Assembly (NCBI GenBank): GCA_043228905.1
Contig: JBHGNT010000009.1
Coordinates: 16,926,001-16,990,000 of the forward strand
From: Azolla caroliniana
Taxonomy: Eukaryota > Plantae > Polypodiophyta
Reading direction: 5' to 3'
DNA: 64,000 bases
Under the pieces are notes generated by a model, which did not search any database, was not told the origin of the DNA, and saw nothing but the letters and a program-made list of their open reading frames with translations. The position numbers were made by a program, and so were the translations under genes. Positions 47,310 through 60,100 of this stretch are shown here, one piece after another. Position 1 is the first letter of the stretch. Each line of letters opens with the position of its first letter.

Positions 47310-48168
47310 GATAACACAAACACGAATGCCCGTATGTCTTTATGAGGAGGAGAGGTGCATGTGCACGCTTGAAGACTCCCTTGTCATAAGACGTCGAACG
47401 TACGAGGAAGACACAAAACACACGCACAAATGCTCGTATGCCTTAATGAGGAGGAGAGGTGCATGGGCAAGCCAGAACACTCCCTTGTCACAAGACGACC
47501 GAACGTACAAGGAATAAGCAAACACATGCACAAATGCTCGTACCTCTTTATGAGGAGGAGAGGTGCATGGGCACACCCGAATACTCCCACGTCACAAGAC
47601 GGCCGAATGTACAAGGAAGACACAAACACACGCACAAAATGCTCCTACGGCTTTATGAGGAGAGGTGCATGGGCACGTCCGAAATGCTCCCTCATCATAA
47701 GACGGTCGAACGTACAAGGAAGGCACAAATACATACAGAAAATGCTCGTATGGCTTTATGAGGAGTAGAGGTGCATGAGCACGCCCGAAACGCTCCCTCG
47801 TCACAAGATGGTCGAACGTACAAGGAAGACACAAACACACGCACAAATGCTCGTATGTTTTTATGAGGAGGAGAGGTGCATGGGCACGCCCGAAATGCTC
47901 CCTCATCACAAGATGACGGAAGGTACATGGAAGACACAAACACACGCACAAAATGCTCGTATGGCTTTATGAGGAGGAGAGGTGCATGGGTACGCCCGAA
48001 ACGCTCCCTTGTCACAAGACGGCTGAATGTACAAGGAAGACACAAACACATGCACAAATGCTCGTACGCCTTTATGAGGAGGAGAGGTGCATGGGCACGC
48101 CCGAAACGCTCCCTCGTCACAAGACGGCGGAACGTACAAGGAAGACACAAACACACGCACAAAATGCT
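47310..48168. repeat. ~105-bp tandem repeat in the element D 5' LTR (about 8 units)
   Basis: Same unit as at 15650-16422. Confidence 0.93.
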
Positions 48169-49485
48169 CGGAGGAAACGATCTCGCCAAGATCAACAAAA
48201 CCAAAACACTTCTCTCCTGCAGATTGGAAATGAAAGACCTGCACGAACTCAATTGCTTCCTAGGCATTGAAGTAATTTGGACACCAGTCGGGATAATGAT
48301 CTCACAACAACACTACGTCCTCAACTTATCCGCAAGTCTGTGCCTACCCCTCTCGATTGTAACCTAAAGATTGATGCCAATTCCGGAACCGCTGAGAGCG
48401 AGCCGACTCAGTATCGACAACTGATCGGTAGTTTGATCTATCTAACCATTACACGTAGTTATTTGATCGACCTACTTAGCCAATTCATGCAGAATCCGCA
48501 AAACCTTCATCTTGAATGTGCTAAGAGGATACTACGGTATGTCAGTACGACAATGGCTTATGACATCATGTATAAGTAGAACACGACTATTCGACTCAAA
48601 GGGTACACCGACGCGGACTGGGCAAGCTATAAAGCGTATAGACGATCCACCTCCAGATTTGTCTTCTCCCTCGACAGCGGACCAATCTCTCGGAGCAGCG
48701 AGAAACAACTGGCAGTCACACTGTCAAGCACAGAAGCCTAATATAGGGGCGCAGCCGTCATCGCATGCAAAGCCATATGGCTTAAATGCATACTAAAGGA
48801 TCTGGGCGTTCCCATCACGGATCCAATTCGTCTCTACTGCGACAGCATGAGCAGTATCTACCTGGCGCAGAACCCTGTATTCCACACACGGAGTAAACAT
48901 ATCGAAGTGCATTACCACTCCATCCATGAGCGCGTATAGGCCGACGAGATCGATCTACAACATACTAGTACGCACCTCCAAGTTGCTGATATATTTACGA
49001 AGGCCTTAGGATTCGATAAGCTTGGGCAATTTGCATCGGACCTTGGTCTCACGACATCTACATTGCCGAACTTGAGGGGGAGTACAAGTACAGGCAACAT
49101 GGAAGCAATATGTAATGATACGCAACACATACGCAATTGATCGAGTATAGGCGACATGGAAGAAATATGCAACGATACGCAATTGATCGAATACACGAGT
49201 ACGCAACACAACCGACTAGACAAGTCAAAGTACGAACCGAACAACCTTCTGGACAGATAGAAGTTGTGTTCGAAGGGGCATGTTGAGAGTCGAAATCAAC
49301 TTCCCATAGATAAGTTTTACGCTAGCTCATGGACATGTTGAGCTAGTTGTGTAAATAGTAGAAAGGGCACTTGCCCTAGCTTAATTGGTATATAAACCAA
49401 TGCATTGTAACTTAGTTACTGTTCAATGTTTTATGTTTGATGTATTTTTTAGTTAAGATAAAGTTTTTTCTATCTTTGCCTTAAG

Positions 49486-49526
<41 letters not shown>

Positions 49527-49600
49527 TGTTGCCTCACACACACACACTCTCAATCTTCTTCTGCGACATTGCAATCACTCTTGCCTCCCATTCCGTTACA
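48169..49600 (+). mobile_element. 3' fragment of Copia element I (RT C-terminus, RNase H, 3' LTR 49281-49600)
   Basis: EMKDLHELNCFLGIEV, YRQLIGSLIYL and FHTRSKHIEV. PPT GAAGGGGCA. TGTTGAG...TTACA ends. Confidence 0.88.
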
Positions 49601-50846
49601 AGTCGGATAGTTATTTTGGGAGATTGGCACACTAGAGATTTTTACGTCACATGTTCAATCCATGTTGATCGTTGGAAATATGTCGCGAATAACTGGAGAT
49701 AAGATTTAGATCCACGTCAACCATAAGAGAAAAATCAAATGCGGGGATAGCTCAGTTTGGAGATGGTTAGATTCAAGACTTCATGTTGAGATGTTGGATA
49801 TATATTCACGGCACAAAACACTTGAGATATCATTTCATTCTAGAAGCAAAAAAAATGTCGAAAACGATTATATTCACCACAATAATTCGATCAAATACGG
49901 AAAAAGTTAACCGGATAAAATATATAGCGAACCACTTGAGATATGATGTTGAACCCTAGTTACCGCAAGAGTATAATCAAATGTGGAGAGAGCGTCATAC
50001 TCCAAATCTGAAGGTCACATGCTTGATCCAGGTTCATTATATAAATGATATCGCGAAGCTCTTGAGATATAATTTTGATCTATATCCACTGGAAGAGGTT
50101 GACTAGAAGTTGAGATTGGTAATTGGGACATCGTTCCATTGAAGATGTCAAGGTCACATGATCTATCCATGTTTACCACAGAAAATATGACGCGACCCAC
50201 TTGAGCTATCGTATTGAACTATAATTACCAAAAATGAATATTAACATGTGGAAAGAGAATCAACTGGATCACATAAAGGTCACTTGTTGAAATCATGTTC
50301 ATGGTATATCATGTTGATCTATAATCCCTGGGAAATTGGGGTCAAATGCGGGGATAGCTCAGTTGGGAGAGCATCAGACTGAAGGTCATCACGTGTTCGA
50401 TCTACGTTCACCCTAAAAAAGATGTCACGAACAACTTGAGATATGATTTTGATGTACATCGAGCACAAAGAAACAATCAAATTCCCGTATTGCATTTTTG
50501 GGAGAGTGGCACACTAGAGATTTGAATGTCACATTTTAAATTCACTTTCATGGTCGGAAATATGTCGCGAATAACCGAAGATATGATTTAGATCCACGTC
50601 AGAGAAAAATCAAATTCGGGGATAGCTCAGTTCGCAGAGTGTCAGATTGAAGACTTCATGCTCAAATGATGGATATATATTCCCGGCACAACATATATCG
50701 TGAACCATTTGAGATATCGTTTCATTCTAGAAGCAGAGAAAATATCGAAAACGATTATATTCAACGCAATAATGCGATCAAATGCGGAAAAAGTTCACCG
50801 CAGAAAATATGTTGTAAACCACCTGAGATATCATTTCGATCCCTAG
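49601..50846 (+). repeat. tRNA-Phe-derived ~875-bp tandem repeat (left block)
   Basis: Homologous subunits at 49741 and about 50616. Recurrent GGATAGCTCAGTT and AACCACTTGAGATAT. Confidence 0.88.
50348..50415 (+). pseudogene. tRNA-Phe pseudogene (anticodon-arm indel)
   Basis: GCGGGGATAGCTCAGTTGGGAGAGCATCAGACTGAAG..GTGTTCGATC. Confidence 0.8.
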
Positions 50847-52344
50847 TGTTGGGAAATCGGTCCCTCCGGATGGGATCCAGTGATGAATGAAGAGGACCTG
50901 GTGAGAACCGCAAGAGAGCCAGTGAGAACCGGAAGAGAGACATATCTGTAAATATGTTTTGAGTAAGCCTATTGAGGGTATATTTATAAATAGCCCTAAG
51001 TTCATATAAGTATGAATATGACTTAGGGCAATCACTTTATGTAGAGGTTGTAGTTGTTGTTGTTGTCATATTGTTGTACAGAGAGAGCGATAGAGAGAGT
51101 GTGTGAGATATAGAGGAATACTTTGTTGTAACCGCCGGTTGGCGAAGAAACAGAGCTTGAGGTCGTTGCCTCCGAGTCTTCGATTGTACCCTCTTTTTCT
51201 TCATAGTGATAGTTGGAGTCTGTGGGCTCCTGTGGTTTTTCCCATTCAGGGTTTTCCACGTAAACATCTTGTGTACTCCTTTTGTGTGTATGTCTACTCC
51301 CATTCCTGTGTTGCACTCTTATTGAAGTGATTAAAGACTCGGTTGTGGCTGAGCAGTATTCTAGGCTATTCCTCATAATCTGGTATCAGAGCAAACAACA
51401 CAGAAAATGGAAGAATCGTTCGGTGGCATATTGAAGCTCACCGGCTCCAACTACTCAGTGTGGATGTCGAAGATGAGGGATATGCTGGTGGTCAAAACTC
51501 TTTGGTTGCTGGTTTAGTTCGGGGACAAGAGACCGGATAAGGTCGATGCCAAAGTGTGGGAGGTGATGCACATGAAAACGACAACATATATCCGGTGTTT
51601 CATCGACATGAGCCTGTACAACAACTTCAATGAAGAGAACAAGGCTCATGAACTCTGGGAGAAGATCGACATCATGTTCCAGAACAAGAATGTTGTTAAT
51701 CGGGTTTCAGTATTCCGAAAGCTAGTGAGGCTCCGGTACCAAGACTACTCTAGTATGGCAGAGCACATGAATGCCTTCCAGGGGCTAATACATCAAGAAA
51801 ACTCATTGGAAGTACCTCTCGTCTATGAGGTACTTGCATTGCTCTTGCTCGATAACTGGGAGACGTTAGTTGTCACGTTGGGCAATGCTGGGCCGGAAGG
51901 AAAGCAGTTGTCCCTAGCAAGGGTAAAACCAAGCTTGCTAGATGAAGAAGCTTGCCGGAAGGACTGGGAGTCCGGAACTGATCTGAAGGCCTTGGTTGTC
52001 AGGAATAGTACTAAAGCAGAAATGGAATTAGTACTAAGAAGAACAATACTATTAGTACTAAGAGGACGGGATTGCGTAAGATTCCCGAGAGAGAGGAAGT
52101 GAGAAGAGGAGAGAGAGAGATAGGATGATGACAACAACTCTTATATTATATGAAAGATAAGTACAAATCGGCTAAGAGGCTTAAGACTGGTGTTGAACCA
52201 ATTTGGTTCAAAACAATGCCTTGTGCCTCCTTTTATAGTGTTTTTAGGAATAATCCTGAAGCTTCTAGAATGTTCCAAAGAGATCTAGAATATACATCAA
52301 TTTTCTATGATAAAGCATAAATAAAAATAATATCCTACAAATTA

Positions 52345-52416
52345 CAATTCATAGTCTAATGGTAAGAGCTCGACCCATGTAGCATAAGGTCATGGGTTCG
52401 AGTCTTGCCATATCAT
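52345..52416 (+). promoter_or_regulatory. tRNA-like A/B-box cassette in element J U3 (second copy at 57561-57632)
   Basis: TAGTCTAATGG (52352) and GGTTCGAGTCT (52395), with T8-G53 spacing of 44 nt. Confidence 0.7.
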
Positions 52417-52460
52417 GACACTATCTCCCCCTTAAAGACGACGAGTGGAACGAGTCGGCG

Positions 52461-55400
52461 CTAATTGCGGACCGGGTTTGTCCGGATACTTTCGGTGGAA
52501 ATCAGCAAGAAGATCCTGTGCATTGGCAACATACTCGACGGGTTCCCAAGTACGTTCGCTCGGACTATAACCGAGCCAATCGACCAAGTAATAAAGTTTG
52601 TTGCGAACAAGTTTGGAATCGAGGATGGCAATAACTTCATACTCCGGGGCGGCGGTGGTGTCACACGATCGGGAATGGTGTTTGCTTTATAAGGTTCAAG
52701 AAGAGAACAATGGAAAACCAGATGTATCTGAAGCTGCGGAGGGAGATCAAGGCGGAAGGTGACATCATTAATCTTACCCGTAATACGGAAGGGACCGAGT
52801 CGTCGATAATCCAACTTGTCGCACGGTCGAGTAGTCTTGATGTGACGACGTAAGAGCCATACTCGATCTTCGATGGCAAAAGAGGAGGGAATCCGATGAC
52901 GATCCGCATAAGTCTTCTGTGTGTGTTGAGCATGACGAAGGTGAGTAGAGAGATCCATCTGGATCTTGCGTAGCCTCTCCAAATGATCCTCGGCATGAGG
53001 GTTGGTAGGTAGCTCCGGAGTGTCGATCACCGACCAGCGAGGATGGAAACCGGTATAAGCGAAAAATGGGGAGACCCGAGTCGAGGAGTGAATAGCATTA
53101 TTATACGCGAACTCCGCAAAGTGGAGAATCTCGGCCCAATCGTCCTGTTGATAACTCAGGAAACACCAGAGATATTGCTCCAGCGTTTGGATTGTTCGTT
53201 CTGCCTGCCCGTCGGTCTGAGGATGGTAGCCGGAGGAGAGGTTGCAGGAGACCTTGAGCATCTTGAAGAGATGCTGCCAAAATTTGGAGACAAATTGCGG
53301 GCCTCGGTCACTGATAATACTGTCTGGGAGGCCATGATGCCGAAATACCTCACGCATAACAAGAGCGGCGGTTTCCTCACTAGTGATGGCTTTAGTACAC
53401 GGCACAAAATGTGCCATCTTCGTGTATCGATCAACGATGGTTAGGATAGCATCGAACCCCTTCGAGACCGGAAGATCTGTGATAAAATCAAGACAAATAG
53501 ACTGCCACGGCTTACTTGGAATTGGTAAAGGTTCCAACAAGCCATATGGATGGTGTCGTGGCATCTTTGCTTGGCAGCAAGCATCACAGGTCCGAACGTA
53601 GTCGTCAACAAAACGGCGCATGTGGGGCCACCAAAAAGATCGTTGCACTAGCTCCAACGTCTTAGTACTACCAAAATGTCCCGCCATATGGGTGTCGTGA
53701 CAATGTTGGACGATTTGAAGGCGACAGGAGCAATTGGGGACATATACGCGCTTTTTAAAGAATAACAAACCATCATGATATTTGAATTGTCGGTAGTCAA
53801 TACCTGGTTGTTGAGACCGAGAACAGGATGCCCGAGAAGTATCAATGTGCGCCAGGATGTCTTGAGCAAAACTATCCGTCTTCAAGGTTGCACGTATGTC
53901 ATCGGTAATCCGTGAATCCATCGGGGTGTGAAAAATCCACGTCGTGTGCAATCGTGTTGGTCCCAAGATTACTTGCTTTTTATTATCAATTGTTGCGTCA
54001 CCAAGACGAGGTGCAAGATATGAACGCCGTGATAGTGCATCTGCTTTCCCTTGCTGCTTCCCCGGTCGATATGTGATTTTGAAGTCGAAACACGTGAGGA
54101 ATTGCGCCCACCGAGCTTGCCGTCGATTTAGTACGCGAGCGTTCTGAAAATAAGCAAGATTTTTATGATCGCTAAAGACAATGACCTGATGTGGAGAGCC
54201 CTCTAAGAACTGCCGCCATTGTACAAATGAATCCACGATGGCTAATAACTCCTTGTCATGTATTTCTAGTTGATTTCTGCGACATCGAATCTGCGCAAAT
54301 GGAAAGCCACCGGATGCAACTCTTCTTTATCGCCTTGTTGAGAAAGGATGCTACCGAGGGCGAAATCTGATGCGTCGGCCTCCATGATGAATGGTTTGCT
54401 TGTATCCACATGAGCTAGAATCGATGCTGATGTAAAGGCTTTCTTAAGATGCCGAAAAGCCATATTTGCTTCTATGGACCAAAGAAATGCTTGGCCCTTC
54501 TTCGTAAGTTGTGTGAGAGGTAAAATAATCTTCGAGTAATCCTGTATAAACTTACGGTAGAAGTTAGCAAAACCTAGAAAACATTGTACATCTCGTACCG
54601 ACCGTGGAATTTTCCACTCTAGTACAATTTGGATTTTAGCTGGATCTATGGCGATGCCCTTTGAGGAGATGACGTAGCCTAGAAATTCCACTTGCTTGCA
54701 GTCAAAGCTACATTTTTCTAGCTTGGCATAAAGACCATTCTCGCGAAGTCGCTTTAGTACTAATAGTACATGAGAATCATGCTCTTCCTAGGTCTTCGAA
54801 TAAATCAATAGATCATCCAGATAAATGATCAAACAGATATCCAAGAGGTCTCTGAATATATCATTTGTCACGTGACATTGGAAGACTGCGGGTGCATTGG
54901 TTAGGCCAAACAACATAACAGTATACTCGAAATGCCCATACCGCGTGCGAAAGGCGGTCTTCCACTCATCTCCCGGTCGGATCCGCACGAGGTTATACGC
55001 TCCTCATAGGTCGATTTTAGTAAAAAACTTGGCACCATTAACTCGCTTTAAAAGACTTGATATAAGAGGAAGTGCATACCTATTCCGGATGGTGACTTTA
55101 TTCAATCCGCGGTAATCAACGACAAGACGAAGTGAGCCATCTTTCTTCTTGACAAAGAAGATGGGTGCACCGGCCGGAGATTTCGAATGGCGGATGAACC
55201 CGCTTACCAAGTTCTCCTCTATGTAGGCTCGAAGGACTTCTAACTCGGTGGGTGACAAGTTGTAAATTGGTCCCCATGGTGGCTCGGTTCCTGGTTGTAA
55301 ATCGATGGGACAGTCATAGGGACGGTGATGAGGAAGGGTACCGGCTTTTACCTTGTCAAATACATCGGCATAAGGATAATATTTTGCTAGAAGTTGTACT

Positions 55401-57139
55401 GAGGAGTCCATCTTAATAGTGCTGGAAGGATGTACTGATATTGCAAATAGGAACATTGCCTCCTTGGGTCCTTCTTCGCGTAGTTGATGGAGTGAAATGG
55501 TCGAAACTTGGTGAGTTGATTCTTGGGGTGGTCGATATCAAACTTCTCTTGTTCTCCAATCTATGGCTGGATTATGTAATTCAAACCAAGGTAATCCTAG
55601 GATAATGGGATGCTCTGGACTACTAATTATATTAAATGATATTACACACACAAAACTACCTAGGACAACCTGAATGGGTTCTGATACTTCTACAATATTC
55701 CTGGAAGCAATGGGAAGACCATCAATGACTACTACAGATGCGGGACAAGGAAGTTTTCTTAAGGATATCTGAGAAGCTTGGGCAAAATTTCGATCCATGA
55801 AACAAGAATTAGCTTCGGAATCTAAAAGTGCTAGGACGGGTACTGGGGGAGTACTTTTAGTACTAACAATGACTTGGGCTAGGAACGCATTGCTAACTTG
55901 CTTGGAAGGAATGGAACCACTAATGGGTTGTACAGATCTAGGGCTGCTGTCCAACCAAACGGCTCCTATTTTGGCTAGACTCAATCGTTTAACTCTTCAT
56001 CTAATTGACTAAGGATTTCAAATTTATTTGAAATACTTGGGCTATTAGTACTATGAATACTATCAAACACTCTATTAGTACTATTAATACTATCAGACAC
56101 TCCTAAGGGAAGAATTGACTCGGGTTTAGTACATGCTACAATTTAATTTACCTGTCTTCTTGGCCTATGGGGACAATTGATTGTGATATGCCCTGGTCCA
56201 CCGCAATAAAGACATAATCGATTTGCACGTCGTCGTTGCTTTTCTTCTTCCGATAACGGGCTGCGTCGACGCATGGTATCAATCTCCATCGGTGTCGAAG
56301 TATTTGCTTGAGGTATGTCTCGTGCAAACGGTCTAGCCGCGATTGCGGCGTAAGTGGGCTCCGGTCTAGCGCGTGGTATCTGTAATTGACGTTCCGAACG
56401 CCGTTCGAAAAGGCGGTTGTCACATTGGACCGCTCGACTGATTGCCTCCGTAAGAGACTTTGGTTCTTCAGGGAAGGTTAGAAGTAGATCTTTGACATCA
56501 TTTCGCAGGCCATAGTGAAACTGCTCCATTAGTGCTTGATCATCCCAGGGTATGTCGGAAGCAAGTAGGCAGAAATCCGCCGCGTAGGCAGAGGCTGGAC
56601 GATCACCTTGACGCAATCGCCGGATCTTGTTGATCGTCGTCCTGATGCTGTCGGTGTCTCCAAAGCAGGCTTTGAACTCACTAATAAAATCTTCAAAGTT
56701 ATTAAGCAAGGGCGATTGTTTTTCTAGAAGCGGAGCGAACCATGCTAAGGCTGAGCCGCTAAGCAACGTGCCTATTAAGCCGACTTGGGATGCATCAATG
56801 GGGTATCAGGAAGGATGCATTTGGAGGACTAATCGTACCTGATTAAGGAATCCCCTGAATTGCGATCGCGTTCCATCAAATTTCACAGGAAGTCCAATCT
56901 TCGGCTCTTTATGAAATCCTTGGGGACTTGATCCTTGTTGTTGCAATGCCGCTTCGAGTTGTTGCACTCGTAACACTAACTCCCCATGTTGTTGCTGCGT
57001 TTATTGCTTTTCTAGAGCAATTTGTTGCAGATCCCCTATCAGCCGTTGGTTTTCTTGTTCTAGGGCAACAAACTTTTCTTTTAGGCACTGTAACTCGGAG
57101 AAAACGGATTGATATTCTTGGGCGCTAACAGTAGCCATA
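52461..57139 (-). pseudogene. Element J gag-pol with chromodomain remnant
   Basis: CLYCGGPGH, LLDSEANSCF, YLDDLL, ICLDFITDL. Several stops and frameshifts. Confidence 0.92.
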
Positions 57140-60100
57140 GTAGAGGGAAAAGGGTAGGAGGATGAGGGAGAACGACAAGTAGGCTGGAGGAAAGAGGAAA
57201 ATTGGTTCAAACTGTCAGGAATAGTACTAAAGCAGAGATGGAATTAGTACTAAGAAGAACAATACTATTAGTACTAAGAGGACGGGACTGCGTAAGATTC
57301 CCGAGAGAGAGGAAGTGAGAAGAGGAGAGAGAGAGATAGGATGATGACAACAACTCTTATATTATATGAAAGATAAGTACAAATCGGCTAAGAGGCTTAA
57401 GACTGGTGTTGAACCAATTTGGTTCAAAACAATGCCTTGTGCCTCCTTTTATAGTGTTTTTAGGAATAATCCTGAAGCTTCTAGAATGTTCCAGAGAGAT
57501 CTAGAATATACATCAATTTTCTATGATAAAGCATAAATAAAAATAATATCCTACAAATTACATTTCATAGTCTAATGGTAAGAGCTCGACCCATGTAGCA
57601 TAAGGTCATGGGTTCGAGTCTTGCCATATCATGAAATTGGTCACGGAAGATGAACACAACCATGGAAGAGGCCAGTATCGGAGTCCCCAAAACCGGTACA
57701 AATCGGGGACGAGGTCAAAGTCAAGGGGGAGGCCCATGTGCTTCTATTGCGGGAAGTCGGGACACTTCCCGAAGAACTACAGGCATTTTCGGAAGGAGAA
57801 TTAAACCGGCACCACCGATTCGAAGAAAAGTTCAGACCGAAACGGTTCGGATCGGAGAGGCCCAGATCGGAAAGGAACGTCGACAATTGCAACAAATGAA
57901 GAGGAACTGATGCTCATCACCGAGGAGAATGAGTTAAAAACCTTGTCGGCGATGAGTCAACGTGGGTGTCGATTCCGAAGCGTCGTTCCACTTGACACCG
58001 GATCGGAAATGCTTCTCATCCTATACAGTCGGTGATCATGCTTGTATCTGGATGGGGAATGAAGCTGAAGGCGGTTCCAACAAATAATGGAGGAGAATAC
58101 TAAGGGCAGTTTGAGAAGTACTGCCAGTCGAAGGGAATCCGCCTCAAATTCACCGTGCTGAAGACGCCGGAATTGAACAGGCTGGCCGAAAGGATGAACC
58201 GGACCATAATGGAGAGAGTTCGGAGTATGATTGCACATGCCAAGTTACCCAAGACGTTTTGGGTTGAGGCACTGACGACGACGACCTATGTGATAAACAG
58301 ATCACCCTCAGTATCCTTGGGAGGAGACTCACCTCAGAAAGTATGAACCGGTAAAGATGTATCTTACTGGCATTTCAAGGTGTTCAGTTGTCTCACATAC
58401 GTGCATGTGGCGAAGGACAAGAGGGCAAAGTTGGATCCGTATTGCTTGGATACATATTGCTTGGATACAACGATGATGAGTTCGGTTACCGGGTGTGGTA
58501 TCTGGTCGACAAGAAGGTGTTCTGGAGTCGGGACATAGTCTTCATGGAAGACAAGACCATTGTCGATTGGGAGTCAGAGAAAAAGATGATCAACTCTGGA
58601 TCATCCAATGAAAACCGGCCTAAGGACACCAGGACCTACCCGGATGAAAACCGGATGTTAGCCGGTAATCGGATGACACTCGACGAACTGGCCGGATACG
58701 AACAAGAAACCGAATCGACCGAAGAAGAAGAAGAAGAAGAAGAAGACACCGGAACCGGACAAGATCCTGAATCGGATTCGGATTCGGAACGAACGGAGGA
58801 ATCGATAGTTAGAAACCAAGGACGGAGATATCCTCTTCGAGAGAGAAGAGCCCCCCGGAGATTTCCGGATGCAAAGCATGTGTTGCTAACCGATGAGGGG
58901 CAGCCGGAAAGCTTCGATGAAGCAAAGAAAGACACCCACATCTGCAAGTGGTTGAGGGCCATGTAGGACGAGATGGATTCCCTACATGAGAACCACACGT
59001 ATCAACTAACGGAGCTGCCGAAAGGGAAGAGAGCACTCCGGAACAAGTGGGTGTACAAGCTGAAACCGGGAGATGATATGCTCCTCCTATATGTGGATGA
59101 TATGCTGATCGTCGGATGAGACCAATGCAAGATTCGGATGATGAAGAAGGCCTTGAACCAGACCTTCTCAATGAAAGACTTGGGTTCGGCAAGACAAATA
59201 TTGGGAATGCACATCATCCGGAACCGGTCAAAGAAGCTATTGTGGTTGTCATAGGAAAAGTACATGACAAAGGTGCTTCAATGGTTCAACAAGTTGGAGG
59301 CGAAACCTGTCGGATCGACACTTCCAGCAAACTGCAAGCTATCTGGGAAACAAAGCCCGAGCACAAAGGTGAAGAAGATGGATATGATGAAGATTCCATA
59401 TGCCTTTGCTATTGGAAGCTTGACGTATGCGATGGTTTGTACCCGGCTGGACATTGGATATGCAATCTGAGTGGTGAGTTGGTTCATGAGCAATCCCGAA
59501 AAAGAGCACTGGAACGCGGTCAAGTGGATACTCCGGTATTTGAAAGGCACCACGAGTATGTGCCTCCGGTTCGGCTCCAGTAATCCTCAACTTGTCGGCT
59601 TATGTGGATACCAGCCGGTCTACATTTGGATATGTCATGACTTATGTAGTGGGGAGCTATTTCGTGGCAATTGAGGCAATAGAAGATGGTTACGTTGTCA
59701 ACAACGGAGGCGAAGTACGTGGCAGCTGTGGAAGCCGACAAGGAGATAATCTAGATGAAGGACTTCATCGGAGAGCTAGGAATCCAATAGGAGGAATACC
59801 GGCTCTATTGTGATAGTCAAAGTGTCATCCACATTGCAAAGAACGTAGCCTACCATTCCTTGACAAAACATATCCAGCGGAGGTACCATTGGATCCAGGA
59901 GAGAGTAGAAGATCAAGATTTTGTGCTGACGAAGATCCACAGTGGGGAGAACGGGTCGGACATGTTGACCAAGGTGTTGACAACGGACAAGGTGGACGCG
60001 TGCCGAAAGCGGATCGGGTTGACAAGTTATCCCATGCCGGATTGAATGGGGAGATTGCTAGGAAATCATTCCCTCCAGATGGGATCCGGTAATTAATGAA

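Larger units (their letters stand above)
15380..48168 (-). mobile_element. Gypsy element D (Phygy-like, Trp-primed) hosting C, E, F, G and a 0.9-kb insert; 5' LTR truncated
   Basis: 3' LTR at 15380-23242 (~2.1 kb without C). 5' LTR remnant at 47042-48168. PBS TGGTGAACCCGACGTGAA at 47036-47019. PPT next to 23243. No TSD recoverable. Confidence 0.85.
51997..57636 (-). mobile_element. Chromovirus element J (Tcn1-like, self-primed)
   Basis: 424-bp LTRs at 51997-52420 and 57213-57636. TSD TTGGT. PBS GTTTGAACCAATTT. gag-pol is homologous to element C. Confidence 0.95.

Noticed and set aside
51997-57636. Many internal stops despite near-identical LTRs, suggesting trans-mobilisation
   Set aside because: Could be explained by C>T decay of a GC-richer interior versus AT-rich LTRs; cannot be separated without alignments.
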